From assembly GCA_030264375.1 (NCBI GenBank), contig JASCQW010000119.1, positions 32,043,303-32,101,348 on the forward strand: 58,046 nt of DNA, written 5' to 3'. This document shows, in pieces, positions 12,132 through 25,430 of this stretch (its first letter is position 1; each line of letters starts with the position of its first letter). A program made the translations under genes and the position numbers. The notes beneath the pieces were generated by a model. It was given only the letters and a program-made list of their open reading frames with translations, searched no databases and was not told where the DNA came from. Source of the stretch: Carcharhinus longimanus (Eukaryota).

Positions 12132-13319
12132 ACTATCTCCAACAGTGCAGCACTCCTTTGATTTTGTAATAATAGCTTAGATCATGTACTTAAACTAAAG
12201 CAGATGCAGAAGAAGAAAGTCCTGGAGTAGGTCCTAATATATCACTCAGATGTAACATTTCTGCTACTGATTCAAACTAATACAGGGACTTAACATGACG
12301 AGTCATCCTGAGTACTCTGTAACATTGTCTGACATGTTTATGAGTTTGAAAGGTGTGTACTTTCACCATAATTGTTAGAAGAACATGTCATGATAATTTA
12401 GATTTCATACACAAGGGCTACCAATAGAACATTGCAAATTCACGTCCCTCTTTATGAATTCATCACAGTCATAAATTCTTTCCTACCTAAGTTTAAGGGG
12501 TGCTTACTAAGAAAAATCACTGATAAGCTGCAGTACTATGATATCATTTCATATCTTTATTTACAGGATACTTGTAATGTAGGAGGGATGAGCACGTCAT
12601 GGAGTTTGAGCTCTTAGATAAACCAAACCAGTTTCAGTTTATTCTGTTAATTTTATAGTTCAACAAGGACAAGGTCATTCAAGGAACTTAAATGTCCATT
12701 GCTGTCTTACATTATAACCATGGGAACATTGAACTTTTACCATTGTTTGAACCCCATGACATGTATTTGGGTTTCCCAATAACATTTTTTTTTGCAAAGA
12801 TTGAAGTTCTCCTGTAGTAGTCTCTAGGAAAACATACAACTGCAGTCATATAACAGCAGTTTTTAAAACATGATAACATGTTATTTTGTCACGGTTCTGA
12901 AGTATAATACTTTCATCACCTTTGTTAGCGTCTGCTTTCCTTACCCATCATTTCAGGAGAAAAGTGGATTTCAGTTCCCTGCTTTTGATATGACTCCTCT
13001 TCATCCAGTCAGTAGCATATGAGTAAGAGTAACCTAACAATTTCACTGTCGTTAGGCCTCTCTTTGTTGGTGAGTATTAAGTCATCTCTTCTCCAAGACC
13101 TCCATTTCTCCAACCTGGGAATGGGTTATTTCTCAGTAGGAATTTGAACACGCAGAGTTTCATGCTACAGAGTTTGATGTACTGATTCAGAATACTAAAC
13201 CACTGTCTGTGTGATGATTTGGGAGATAAATTGTTTTCCCCCTCTCAACTGAGTATCAAGTCTGGTTGGGTTTTATTCTATAATTGCCAGCCACCCTCTG
13301 GCACTTTGTACAAATAATG

Positions 13320-13590
13320 AGGGGTCTGGGCAGAATAGGCGTGGTGAAACTATTTCCATTGATAGAAGTATCAAGAACCAAAGGATCCTGATTTAAAGTG
13401 ATTGGCAAAAGGATCAATGATGCCACGAGGAAATAATTTTTTATGCAGCGAGTGGTTGGGGTCTGGAATGCGTTGTCTGAGAGTATAGTGGAGACAGGTT
13501 CAATCGATGCTTTCAGAAGAGAACTGGATCATTATCTCGAGGAAAAAGTTAAAGGGCTGTGTGAAAAAGGCAGGAGAATGGTGCTGATGT
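13320..13590 (+). mobile_element. CR1 3' fragment
   Basis: FFMQRVVGVWNALSE-type CR1 C-terminal peptide. Confidence 0.75.
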
Positions 13591-14149
13591 AAAGCCTTCC
13601 CAGAATTAAGATAGTCAGTGTTCCTGAATTTAGTAGTAACATTTTGCATGTTTGTAGTGTCACGTGCTTACAGCAATGATCTCCTCAAGCATTTAATGAT
13701 CTATTGGCCCCAATATTCTTTGGTCATGATTCCAGTGGCTATGGAGAAATTGTGTCCAACTATATCATGCAGTGCTGATCCCACCAGCAAGACTGACATC
13801 TCATCAGTATTTCTAAGCAGGAACTTGCACCACTTTGGGTACACCCAATGTTCATTTGCCTATGCTGCCTGAAACTTTCAGTGTCCATCTATATGCAAGC
13901 GCCACCTCCACCCCCATTACCTTGTCCAAACCTACCATGGTAATAATCCTATCAGCTGCTTAAACAGAGGGGTCAGTTGTGCGTTTTTTTAAATTTAAAA
14001 CTTAGCAAGCAACTATGCCATCTGCCTGGCATGGGCATCTAATATGTTCTTGTGGAGCTCGATGTACCTCCAATCTCACGGGCTACCAGCTATCATTTTG
14101 TTAGATTCCATTGGAGAACAAAGGAGGGAACAGATGTGTTAAGTTTGTA

Positions 14150-15670
14150 ACACAAGTGGAACCAGTATGAATATAGAGAGTTCAAATGGGAAGTGAGGAA
14201 GGAAAAGCAAAGAGAGAACAGACTGACACCTAACGCGGAAAGGACTCAAAAAATCTTCTCTATAAGTAGTTACAGGATGGGGATAGGGTCAATTAGAGAT
14301 CAAAAAGGGGATCTTCACCTGGAATCTCAGGATATGACTGAGGTACTAAATGAGTTTTTCCAAGAAAGAAGATGCTGCCAAAACGATAGTGAAAGAGGAG
14401 GTAATTGAAATGCTGGATAGACTAAAAATTGACAAAGAGGATGTTTCAAAAGGCTGGCAGTACTTGAAATTATTAAGTGGCTAGGACCAGATGGAATGCT
14501 GAGGAAAGTGAGGGTGGGAAGTTAGCGAGATGGTGGCATAGTGATAATGACACTGGACAAGTAACTTGTTAATATACAAATTTAATAACATAAGTAATTT
14601 TCTTATTCAAAGCAAATCATCTCAAGTTGACTAAGATCTTTGATAAGTTATCCAAAAGGGTTGCTGTTTGATGAAGGGGCAGCTAACTTGAAGCCCATGA
14701 AACATAGGGACAGTAGTAGTAAGGATACTGCTCTTTTCTAATGCTCTGGGGACATCTGTTCAAATCACACAGCAAAGTGGTGGAATCTTAATTGCACTCT
14801 GAAATGGCCCGATAAGCTGTTCATTTCAAGGGCAATTAGGGATGGGTAACAAATGCTGGTCTTCTATATCCCATGAAAGAATAAGAAAAATATTGCTGTG
14901 TTTCTGATCATAATTATACAGTTCTCCTCCTAGACAGATGTGGTGGGAAGCAGTGGGAATTTGCAAGAATCACACCCTTGTTCAAAAAATGGTGTCGGGT
15001 AAGCCCAGCTATCACAAACCAAACAGTTTAACGCTGGTGATGGGAAAACTTTTCACAGTGATAACCCAGGACAAAATTACTAGTCACTTTGATGAGTGTA
15101 AATGAATTTGAGCTAGCATGGATTTATTAAAAGCAAATCATCTCAAGTTGATTAAGGTCTTTGATGAAGTAATCAAATGGTTCATGAGGGTAAAGCATAT
15201 GATGCAGTGTATTTGGTCTTCTAAAAGCTGTTTGAAGAAGGGCCAGATAATAGGCATATCAGCAAGCTCAAAGCCCATGGAGCAAATGGATAGTGGCAGC
15301 AAGGATAAAAAATTAGCTGAGTGATAGGAAACAGAATTATGGCAAGTTGTTATTTTTGAGACTAGAGGAAAGTATTCAGTGGGCTTCCTGAGAGGCTGGT
15401 ACAAGGACCAATCCTTTTTTAAAATATATTAATGATTTAGACTTGGATGTTGTGAGAAAGATTGAGACAGACTCGAAAGAGACATAGACAGGCTGGTGGA
15501 ATAGGTGAACAACTTGGCAAATGAATATAAATGCAGAAAATCGTGAACTGATGCACGGTAGGAAGAATGGGAAGAGGCACGAGTTGGATTGCTCTTGCAG
15601 ACAGCCAGCACAAATATGATGGGTTGAATAGCCTCTGTCTGGGCTGTGATGATTCTATGAATCTATGACT
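14150..15670 (+). mobile_element. Rearranged, decayed CR1 ORF2 fragments with a nested tRNA-SINE (about 14520-14890)
   Basis: CR1 peptides (IRDQKGDLHLESQDMTEVLNEFF); AAAGCAAATCATCTCAAGTTGA repeated at about 14609 and 15130; GATTCTATGA tail at about 15650. Confidence 0.65.
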
Positions 15671-16429
15671 TATGTGTGGTCTTAGCTGATGAGTGGACTA
15701 TGTAATAGTGGTGGACCTCACTGCCAAACTACATCCAATTGCCCAATCTCCATATAGACATATTTTCCAGCAAGGACCACTAAATCATGATCAGAAATGC
15801 CAATAATCGCTGATGTTCTCTATCCCTTGCCTAACTATAGTGCCTGCTGCCTTGGAACATGCCACTTCATACAGAGTGGCAGACCAGACAGGGAACTTCC
15901 GAGCACGTATGGTTTAATTCATGACTGGACAATGCACTTACCAGTTGAACAGTCACGGCAGTTAACTTCAAATAATGTAGAAGTTACCCGATAGTTAAGG
16001 TAACTTGGTGTGGCCAACGTTCTGAACAACTAGGCCTGACACAGAATTGGACAATCAAAATTAAACAGCAGTCAGTTCTGATGGGAATTCAGATGGGCCA
16101 AGTTTAAACACAACCACAGGTCGGAGGTGAGCAAGGTAAGCCTGGACTTATCCTGGAGTTGGAACCGGAAGTGCTCAGCCTTGATAAAATAAGGCCAGTA
16201 TTTGTGTATTCCCCAGTTTTGGACACACTCTCTGGCACCTGAGATTCTCATCCTACCTAATATGGAAAGACTAGGTGCACCCCATGCACCTGACGATGGA
16301 CACCTCAGAGACCTGCTGCCTTCCATTTCTGGAATCAGCAAATCCACAGAGTGCTGTGATGCTCCCCCAACCTTACCCACCCTTTCGCACCCCCCCCCAG
16401 CCCCCATCCCCCAAAACCTGGTAACCTCA

Positions 16430-16653
16430 TATAAGAACAAAGAACAACACAGCAAGGGAAACAGGCCCTTCGGCCCAACAAGCCCGCACCGCCATTTTAA
16501 CAGTATGAGTGCCCTCCTCTACCCATGAATTTTGTCTACACCTATTGGGGAAGATTGAGGGAAGATTAATTTAGGTACAATTTGTTACACCAATCAGCCT
16601 AAGAGCATGTTTTTGGGATGTGGGAGGAAACCGGAGCACCCGGAGAAAACCCA
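16430..16653 (-). mobile_element. HE1-like SINE fragment running into an N gap
   Basis: TGTGGGAGGAAACCGGAGCACCCGGAGAAAACCCA is the reverse V-domain. Confidence 0.75.
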
Positions 16654-16930
16654 NNNNNNNNNNNNNNNNNNNNNNNNNNNNNNNNNNNNNNNNNNNNNNN
16701 NNNNNNNNNNNNNNNNNNNNNNNNNNNNNNNNNNNNNNNNNNNNNNNNNNNNNNNNNNNNNNNNNNNNNNNNNNNNNNNNNNNNNNNNNNNNNNNNNNNN
16801 NNNNNNNNNNNNNNNNNNNNNNNNNNNNNNNNNNNNNNNNNNNNNNNNNNNNNNNNNNNNNNNNNNNNNNNNNNNNNNNNNNNNNNNNNNNNNNNNNNNN
16901 NNNNNNNNNNNNNNNNNNNNNNNNNNNNNN

Positions 16931-17213
16931 AGGGGGAGCAGATTTAGGACTTAGTTGAGGAGGAACTTCTTCATACAAAGGGTTGTGAATCTGTGGAATT
17001 TCTTGCCCAGCGAAGCAGTTGCGGCAACCTCGTTGAATATTTTTAAGGCAAGGATAGATAAATTTTTGAACAGTAAAGGAATTAAGGGTTATGGTGAGCG
17101 GGCGGGTAGGTGGAGCTGAGTCCACGAAAGGAACAGCTATGATCTTATTGAATGGCGGAGCAGATTCGAAGGGCCAGATGGCTACTCCTGCTCCTAGTTC
17201 TTATGTTCTTATG
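16931..17213 (+). mobile_element. CR1 3' end
   Basis: RRNFFIQRVVNLWNFL peptide and (TTCTTATG)n tail. Confidence 0.9.
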
Positions 17214-17639
17214 TAAGCCAGAGAACCTTCCAAATGGGCATAAAGCGGGGGGATAAGAAGAAACACCTGGAGACTACCCCCAGTGAAGACTCGACCACCA
17301 ATGAAGACTCAACCTACAGTGAAGGCTAAGTTGAGACTCAGTGACAACAGAAGAGGACATGCGAGTCCAACCTTCGCAAAGGAGACCTTGAATTTGAGAG
17401 ATGACAATGTTCAGTGGTCTGGACTCGGCAGCTAGGTCAAGTTCATCGACTTGGGTAGTGTCAGAAATCTCAGACAGATAGCATAAAATATTGTTATTGT
17501 GGGAATTGAGTTGTTTTCATAAGCATTTGAATAATAAGGATTTGTTAAACCACAAATCGACTCCTGTTCTTTGTTTGTCTCAAGAGTAAGGCCATTTGGG
17601 TAAATGAGTTTTAATGCAAACTAGTCGAATGTCTTATTT

Positions 17640-17905
17640 GGGTGGCATAGTTGCACAGTGGTTAGAGGTTCGATTTATGGCCTGGTTCACTATCTGTGCG
17701 GAGTCTGCACATTCTCCCCGTGTCTGCGTGCATTTCCTCCGGGTGCCCTGGTTTCCTCCCACAATCTAAAAGATGTGCTGGTTAGGTGGATTGGCCATGC
17801 TATATTCTCCCTCAGTGTACCCAAACAGGCACCGGAGTGTGGTGTCTAGGGGATTTAATTTCAGTGTTAATGTAAGCCTACTTGTGACACTAATAAATAA
17901 ACTTT
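17640..17905 (+). mobile_element. tRNA-derived V-SINE (HE1-like)
   Basis: A-box-like head; V-domain GTCTGC...TTTCCTCCGGGTGCCCTGGTTTCCTCCCACA; AATAAATAAACT tail. Confidence 0.85.
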
Positions 17906-17911
17906 AATCAT

Positions 17912-19830
17912 TTGGTGTGGCTAGACGGTCTTGATTAAAAAGTGATCAAAAGCTGCTCAGAAGCCGAACCCCGCCGTGGAAAGGAAGTGGAGAATTCAAA
18001 AGTCAAAGAAAATAATACAAAGTTGAGGGGAGAGTTGCAGAATATGAAGTAGGAAATAGGAAAAAAATGAGAGTAATGATGATAGAGCAGGAGCAGAGAG
18101 GTCAGGCAAATCTGGGTGCACACGGGCCAGTTTCAGACCCAATGCGAAAAGGCACAGAAGGAAGTGCAGTGTGTTACCCGCGACTGGGATGCTACCCAAA
18201 AAAACTGTGCCCGAGCTGACGAAAAATTTCCAGGCTGCAGCTAAAGGCCTGCACCATGCAGACAAATGTAACAATGGCCACAGTGCGGACCAGTCAAAAT
18301 GGCAGCGTGAGATCGATAAATTAAAATTCCAGCTGTCATCATAGAAATGGATGATATGCGTGTTCGAGACAGTCGAGTCAGAATGAGATAGTGATTATGG
18401 GAAATGGTGAGATATGGAGAAGGAAACCCGTAGGTAAACCAAGCATGGCAAAGACTGGGAACCTCAACCCCCCTTCCCAGAGGAATTACAACTATTGCCC
18501 CCTCCCACCACCCTGCCCCCCAACCCCCNNNNNNNNNNNNNNNNNNNNNNNNNNNNNNNNNNNNNNNNNNNNNNNNNNNNNNNNNNNNNNNNNNNNNNNN
18601 NNNNNNNNNNNNNNNNNNNNNNNNNNNNCACCCTGCCCCCCTCCCCCCCCCCACCACTGACCTTTCCTTCCTGATGAATCCTTTGATGACCAGCTGTCAG
18701 GACGGTCAGAGTTGTTCCAATCATATTAGCGATGTAACCCCATTCGGGGTAGCACATTTGGCTGTGATAGCGAAAAAGATCCCCACGATTGAGCTCACTG
18801 CTGACGACCATACATCCATTGAGAATACTGACCGACAAAGGGTTCTATACGGGCTTGACTTGTGGAAGAAATAAAATTAATGTTAATGTGCTTGAGTGCC
18901 GTGGTCCTTTCTGCCTTACCTGATCCTCAGAACATTGAGGAGGGACTTCTACAGGACATGATAGCAGTGACCCAAATAACGGTTGATTACAATAGGGCAG
19001 ACCTGATGTGGGGGTAAAACAAATGCAGGCAGGAAAAAAGAACACTTAACAGCTATCCATCAATAGACTCATTTCACTGGAGCCTTTGGGGATATGTCTA
19101 CATCAACAGGGATGAAATAGAAATGATCGAAAGCTTCAAGGTTCTAGGCATCCAGATCACCAACCTCACATTAAGTTTGTCTTTCTCTAAACCCTAGCTA
19201 TGATTGTAACACTATATTCTGCACTCTCTCCTTTCCTTCTCTGTGTACGGTATGCTTTGTCTATATAGCATGCAGGAAACAATACTTTTCACTGTATACT
19301 AATAGATGTGGCAATAATAAATCAAATCAAGTCAAATAATTATGGAAGATTCCTGCCCCCATGTGCTCCTCCCTCAGGAAGAAGCAGAGGTCAGTCCCAG
19401 GAAAACCCTAGACAACAGCAGGTGAGCTGTTACAATTGTGGCCTGAAACTGCAGAGAAGCCCACCTGCATTTGAAGGGACAGGCACTGGAACAGGGCTAT
19501 TGGCCCCTGCCACGAGAGGGACCAATAAGAGAGACCAGAAGCCTCTTCTCCCTGTAGCGTCAGCTGGACACAGGTCCGAGGATATGGTGGTGTTAGGCCT
19601 CACCAATTTGAGTATGTAACGCGAAGTGGGATAGTGTAAGACAACCCCTAGTGAACAGCAAGGCAGGAAGCCACCCTGTTGAATTCCTGTGGCATACAGG
19701 GGGCTTCCACACAATCCTGAACACATCCAGAGAAATTGGTACATCATGGTGCACAAGAAAGCTGATCATTTTAAGTGACTTTATAGAGCAATTGCAGGAG
19801 GGATCCAATTAGAGTTTGGGTTGGGAGACA
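17912..19830 (+). mobile_element. Decayed LTR retroelement internal region (gag-like)
   Basis: PBS-like TGGTGTGGC at about 17913, A-rich leader, gag-like peptide at 18700-18870, zinc-knuckle start VSCYNCG at about 19420; putative LTR upstream is interrupted by SINE and CR1 insertions. Confidence 0.45.
19095..19337 (+). mobile_element. Rex/Babar-type LINE 3' fragment
   Basis: YINRDEIEMIESFKVLGIQIT peptide and AATAAATCAAATCAAGTCAAAT tail; the same tail occurs at about 27465-27582. Confidence 0.7.
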
Positions 19831-19995
19831 TAAGACGGGATTTTATGACCTTGCTTGGCTGAGATAGTAAGATCCCACCTGAGGCCAATGGAGATTTCCG
19901 TTCGGCGAGCCTCACCTGCCCTGATTCCAGGGTGGGCAAGGCGGCAAAACTCCAGCCATGTGAGTGGACCTCCACTCAGAGGTAGCACTACTGAA

Positions 19996-20440
19996 AGGGC
20001 GACATGGTAGCACAGTGGTTAGCACTGCTGCCTCACAGCGCCAGGCACTCAAGTTCAATTCCAACCTTGGGTTACTGTCCATGTGGAGTTTGTACGTTCT
20101 CCCTGTATCTGCATGGGTTTCCTCCAGGTGCTCCAGTTTCCTCCCATAATCCAAAGATATGCAGGTTAGGTGGATTGACCATGCAGCGGGATGTTCTGGC
20201 CATTCCCCTTGGCAGGATCATCCAGTCCCAATGATGGTAAGCCCCTGCTCTGGGTTCCCTGACAGTGGAGGGTATGAACAATGGGAAACCCCTTTGACTG
20301 CAGAAGGACCAGAAGATCCTGCCGCCAGCCAATGGCGGACCATCTCCACCAATGCAAAACATGTGCAGGGATAGATAGAAAATCCCACCCGATGGGTTGA
20401 ATGGCCTTCTTCTATGCTGTAACCATTCTATGATTCTGTG
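19996..20440 (+). mobile_element. HE1-like V-SINE with a nested MITE-like insert (about 20185-20390)
   Basis: GGGCGACATGGTAGCACAGTGGTTAGCACTGCTGCCTCACAGCGCC head, V-domain, CR1-derived ATTCTATGATTCT tail. Confidence 0.88.
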
Positions 20441-20545
20441 AACTCCTGGCCACCAGAAGAATTGCATCTCTGACCCCTAACTGTCATTCATCTAGTCAAA
20501 AGCAGATCCATCTGATGTCAAACAGAAAAATGTTGAATCTGAATG

Positions 20546-20671
20546 AAAAACAGAAAATGGTGGAAAATCTCAGCAGATCTGACAGCATCTGTGGAGAGAG
20601 AATAGAGCCAATGTTCCTCTCTCCACAGATGCTGTCAGACCTGCTGAGATTTTCTACCATTTTCTGTTTTT
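20546..20671. repeat. Penelope-derived inverted repeat (55-bp arms, 2 mismatches, 16-nt loop)
   Basis: 20546-20600 is the reverse complement of 20617-20671. Confidence 0.92.
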
Positions 20672-20859
20672 GTTCCAGATTCCAGCATCCACTGTACTTT
20701 GACTAAATCTTGAACATGCACTGTTTTCCTGCAGCTTTAAGAGAGGAAATATAAAAGAAATTTGAAGAAAATCAGGAACATATCTTGTGCAAGTGACTTG
20801 ATATTGTCCTAACATCAGAAATATTTTGAACGGTTTGGTAAATGCAGTTGAATAAAAAA

Positions 20860-22715
20860 TATATATATTACTTTAATGCATTTTATTATTGTTTAATAGC
20901 AAAGACTTTTACAGATCAAAAAATAAAAATCTCTTCAGCTGTACAGAGTTGACCAATACATTGCCAAAACCCTGAGTTTTTAACTGTTAAGTTTTCTGTC
21001 AGCAAAACAAACAATTGAAGTGTACATTGTTATTTTTGTCTTGGGCAGGTGGTTCAATAACTGACAGTTCTTCAATAACTAGAAAGATTAAAACATAATT
21101 CTAAACCTTGATTTGTCGCATGAATGTAATTCAAAGAGAAATAATATTCTAAGCTGTACCATTTTTCTATAGCAAAGTTTTTGCTGTAGATATACTGTTC
21201 AGTGCAACAAACAGTCAGTGGAGATTTATTCTGGATGGTGTTGCATGGAGTGTCTATTGTATGCCCCATCACATGTTCAGTTCTATTGGGTGGTATTTGA
21301 TGGTCCTGGGAGGCAAGCTGGAAAGTAGAAGAGAGCCGTACAGCAAACGATGAGAGTGGTGACTGTAGCCTTCCTGACTCCTCTTGATTAAGTCCAGAGT
21401 GGGAAGGGCTTACCAGCCAGAAGTTAATTGAAGTGGTCACCAAAGACCCAGTTAAGGGTTTTAATCTAATGTTGCTGGTTGTAGAATCTAGCAGCAGGCA
21501 GGATATGTGTCATGTGGGACAACTGAGAGGTAGACCTGCTTGGGCCCATGGGCACATAGGAAATACTGCTTTCCTGGGCATCCTGATCCCAACAGAGGGA
21601 CCTGTCAGAGGATGGAGGGACTCTTGGGAAGTCTGCCCCCGATAGCAACTCCCTTACATCTCCTCTCCAGGACATCCTACGTGCCCCAGTGATCACGCTC
21701 CATCCATCGTGGCTTACAGGCTCTAACAATGGTCCTTCTAGTAGGCCCTTCTGCAGGACCAGAAGTGGCCACTGCTCCCGATGGCACTGTCAGTAATGGA
21801 CAGTCACATTCTTGGGATTGGGACATCCATCTTACACCAGGGAAATTATCCGTGGTGCTGTCATGAACCTCAGCAGCATCCAATGGATAATTTAAGCCAA
21901 ATGGGCTTCCAAAATGGGTTTCTCCCAGCTCCACCAGCATCCCCACCCCCAAGCCATTGTTTGGGCCCATTTCCAGAACTATTAAATTCTGCCTTTTGAC
22001 TGCAATGTGATTGAACGTTGGGCAGAAAGTACAACAGACAGCCAATGTGATACATTCCATTTTACACTACCAAGACAAATTTCAACACAAATTATATTTT
22101 ACCATGAATCCCTCCCCATTAATCTGGGAGGGAGAAAAGATCCCAGGAGTTTTCCCTGTGTTCAGAATCCCAAATTTCCCAGATAACTTTTTTCAAAGTT
22201 GGCTAGATTATCTGCCTCCAGCTGACAATAGGGAGAAGCCCAAGCAGCATTAGCAGCCCTCACCTCATTTCTGGCAATAACAGAGCACTTCTGAAGTTCC
22301 ATATAGGAGAACACTAGAACAGCCAAGCATTTCCAGAGCATCAGAGGTCCTTCTGTTTTTTTGTAACATCTATTGGAAAAGTGGCACTAGAGCCAATCAT
22401 AATTTAAATCCTGATTTTAAAGTATATTAAGCATCAAATGCTGCATGTTATAGTGCTTATAGTTTTTCATTCACAGGCAGGGGCCATTGCCCAGTGAATA
22501 GGTCTGACAGAATAACTTGCCGCATTACTCAATTTCTTATCAGACCAGCCTTACGGCTGAAAAAGCTGTAATCCTTTGTGGGTCAGTGAATGTGTTGTAA
22601 TCTTTCCATTCCCACAACATTCTTTTGGCCTTGCAGTGCCTTTTTGACTGATTGTAAAACGCTGACGTTAGCAAAGGTGTAGACTGGGCTGTGCTCTCGA
22701 AGAATCACTGTGCTC
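20860..22715 (-). other. CYP24A1: Probable non-coding terminal exon 12 (3' UTR) of CYP24A1
   Basis: Strong acceptor ctttttcttttcag|G at 22717/22715. The distal part is AU-rich with AATAAA (20887-20882) and ATTAAA (20877-20872). Human CYP24A1 also has a UTR-only last exon. Extent is inferred, and a GC-rich repeat-like block lies at about 21290-22250. Confidence 0.55.
20872..20887 (-). terminator. Candidate polyadenylation signals (AATAAA then ATTAAA) with U-rich downstream sequence
   Basis: Plus-strand TTTATT at 20882-20887 and TTTAAT at 20872-20877; followed on the minus strand by TATATATATTTTTTATT. Confidence 0.5.
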
Positions 22716-25244
22716 CTGAAAAGAAAAAGTATGTGATCTGATGCAACAGCTGTACCAATAACAGATTATTAGAACGACATGATACTAGTTTTCTACATTG
22801 AAATATTCAGTGCTTTCTATCTATGCTCTTTTATCAGACTAAGACACAATGAGCTGCTTTCAAGCAGGAGGGCTAGAATGTAGGTGAGGGTCCACGTGCA
22901 CACCCCCACCCTGCAGCTCACCCCCACAATATGCTGTTGAGCAGGTGCTGAAATTGACAGCCTGCCCACGATATTCAAATAGGTATTCAAGGAAGGAATT
23001 AGGCGTGTTATCAAGCCAACTGACCCTGGTAATACACTGTCCACGGCAAGGAGCAACTGAAAGTCTGATCTTTAAAAATTGTACACTTCAAAAGAACAGA
23101 TGTAATGGGGGTTCAATCTTCAAGGGCTGCCCTCCTCAAGATTGGACCCTACTTTCTTGCGAACCCTACTCACATCCCACAGCCTTAAACTCAATCCTGC
23201 TCAAAATCCCACATTTACTGGTTCCATGGATTCCTGGATTTTCTTTCATTTCATCTTGCAGTCCCAGCAATGGCCACCATCGCTCTCTTGGCACTGCCAG
23301 AATTGACGCTGTCGACCACAGGCAGGCCTCAAAGGGCAAGATGGCCTCCCCAGTGAAGGGTGTAAGCCCCACATTGCTCTTGTTAAGTCAGTCCGCAGCA
23401 AGTTATGGTTGTGTGACAGTCCGGCGTGGACTGGGATGGTCCAACCTGGAGGGGGACAGTCCGACATGGAGCAGGTAGGCTGTACACCACCTTTACCTCC
23501 AAGATCAGAGAGGAATGTGGGGGAAGGGGGTGAACCATTCGCCAACCCACACTCCTTTATAATATCCCCCCCACCCCCAGTGCACTTTTTATAGTCCATT
23601 TGCCTTTTGTCCATTTCTCTTGTCACAGCAAGTTCTGCACCCTACGTAGGAAAACCTGCACTCTCAGTGCTGCTCTGTGAAAACTACTTCTAATTTTAGA
23701 TAAGCAATTAAGTTTACACAACCTTTGGAATCCACCACCTTTTTTTATGTATGCAGGATGACTCAGAGTTATTTAACAAAAACCCTCTGGTAATAAAAAC
23801 TACTACATTTGTTATAGGGAGAGTCACATTTTGAATTTATTTGCCTGCACAATGGACCTTGTTTCTTGGAATGGCGGCATGTTAGACTTCCCTCAGCCAT
23901 TCCTCACATTGTGGAAGTCAATTTCAATTTTTGCCACTTGGGCAGTAACCTGGCACAGCAGCAGGTCACCTGCCCATTGCGAAAACACAGAAAAGTGGGT
24001 CAGGGTTTTCCTAGGCTTGGAGTGGATGGCTCCTAGATGGAGTTTCCCAACAGCAGGACCTGACACAGATCCACCGAACAGAGGAGAGCAGACAATTTCA
24101 ATCATTAAAAGGTCAGATTAAGACTGCTTTTCCTGGGCTGTCGGTGTTTTGACAGCAGTGAGGTAGCATTCCCCTCAGGTTTGCGATGCCTCTAGCTTCA
24201 TGGACAAGACCTTCTTTGTGATCATCTTTGACAGGGGGGGGGGGGGGGGGGGGGGGNNNNNNNNNNNNNNNNNNNNNNNNNNNNNNNNNNNNNNNNNNNN
24301 NNNNNNNNNNNNNNNNNNNNNNNNNNNNNNNNNNNNNNNNNNNNNNNNNNNNNNNNGTGAGAGAAGGATGGTGAGGAGGGGGACAGTGGTGGAAAGGGGA
24401 CAGGATAGGTAGGGGTGACATTGGAACTGGAGCTTTGTCCCACAAAATGGGGTATTCAGACGGGGAAGGCTCTGGAGGAGCTGAACTTCTGATGTTAAAT
24501 TTTTCATTTGCCTCTCTCAGGGCACCTCACTATTGAGGTGTTCTCTCAATCCAGAACTGTCTGACCAAACCCACCCCTCTCAGTGGGCTGCTATGGCTCC
24601 AGAGATCCCAATCCTCTGACTGAGCCAAGGGCATCTACATCCTGCCCACTGCTCTTAAATGGATGAGAAGCTTGGAGGCAGTGAATGAGTGGTCAGTTGC
24701 AGGGAATTTGTTGCACCACTGTCACTGCCGGCAAACATGCACTTAGGACACCCAATTTCTCCTGATGTTGAGGTCCCAAAGCCCATATTCCTTAGGATTT
24801 GGAGTAAATAATTCAACATCATTGGCCTGTTCCTCTATTTAATGGAATCATGACTGCTCACAAATGAGACAAGGATTGCGAAGGTCGCACAACAATTTGT
24901 ATTCAGCTCACACCTTGGATGAAGGAAAAGCATCCTGAGGTGGTTCACAATAGTGTTATCAAACACAATTTGACACAGAGGCATATAAAAGGATATTATA
25001 ATTGGTAACGAAAAGCTTAATCAAGAAACAAATGTTTTGAGGAGAAACTTAAAGGTAGAAAGGAGAATGAGTGGGCAATTTGCTTTGCCACAGATGATGA
25101 AATTAAAAATTACCTCCAGCGATTTTGTGATAAAATTTGACAGAACAGGGCAGAGAAGGAAAGAAAAATATTCAGAATAAAAATCAGTTCCGTCCTTGTA
25201 TAATCCGGCTGTCTGTTTAGGTGCAACATCAGGTATTCAAAGGT

Positions 25245-25430
25245 ACAAAGATGTGTGGCTTAGATGCATTGGCTATGCTAAATTGACCCTTAGTGTCCTG
25301 GGATGCATAGGTTAGAGGGATTAGTGGGGTAGACGTGGGATTACAAGGCATGGGTGGGATTGTTGGCAGTGCAGACTCAGTGGGGCGAATGGTCTCCGTC
25401 TGCACTGTAGGGTTTCTATCCTTTCTATTG
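25245..25430 (+). mobile_element. HE1-like SINE 3' half in intron 11
   Basis: AAAGATGTG...GCTAAATTG...GCAGACTC...CTGCACTGTAGGG tail. Confidence 0.8.

Noticed and set aside
16571-17125. ORFs spanning N runs (also near 1771, 18529, 24257, 28895, 42580, 48393, 56230)
   Set aside because: Artefacts of translating assembly gaps; poly-G/C flanks suggest short-read dropouts.
19996-20075. tRNA genes at SINE heads (also 32038, 36898, 48212)
   Set aside because: A/B boxes are present, but there is no complete cloverleaf and each runs into a SINE body.
22945-23478. 177-aa plus-strand ORF in intron 11
   Set aside because: No recognisable homology or splice context; it lies in GC-rich, decayed transposon-like sequence.
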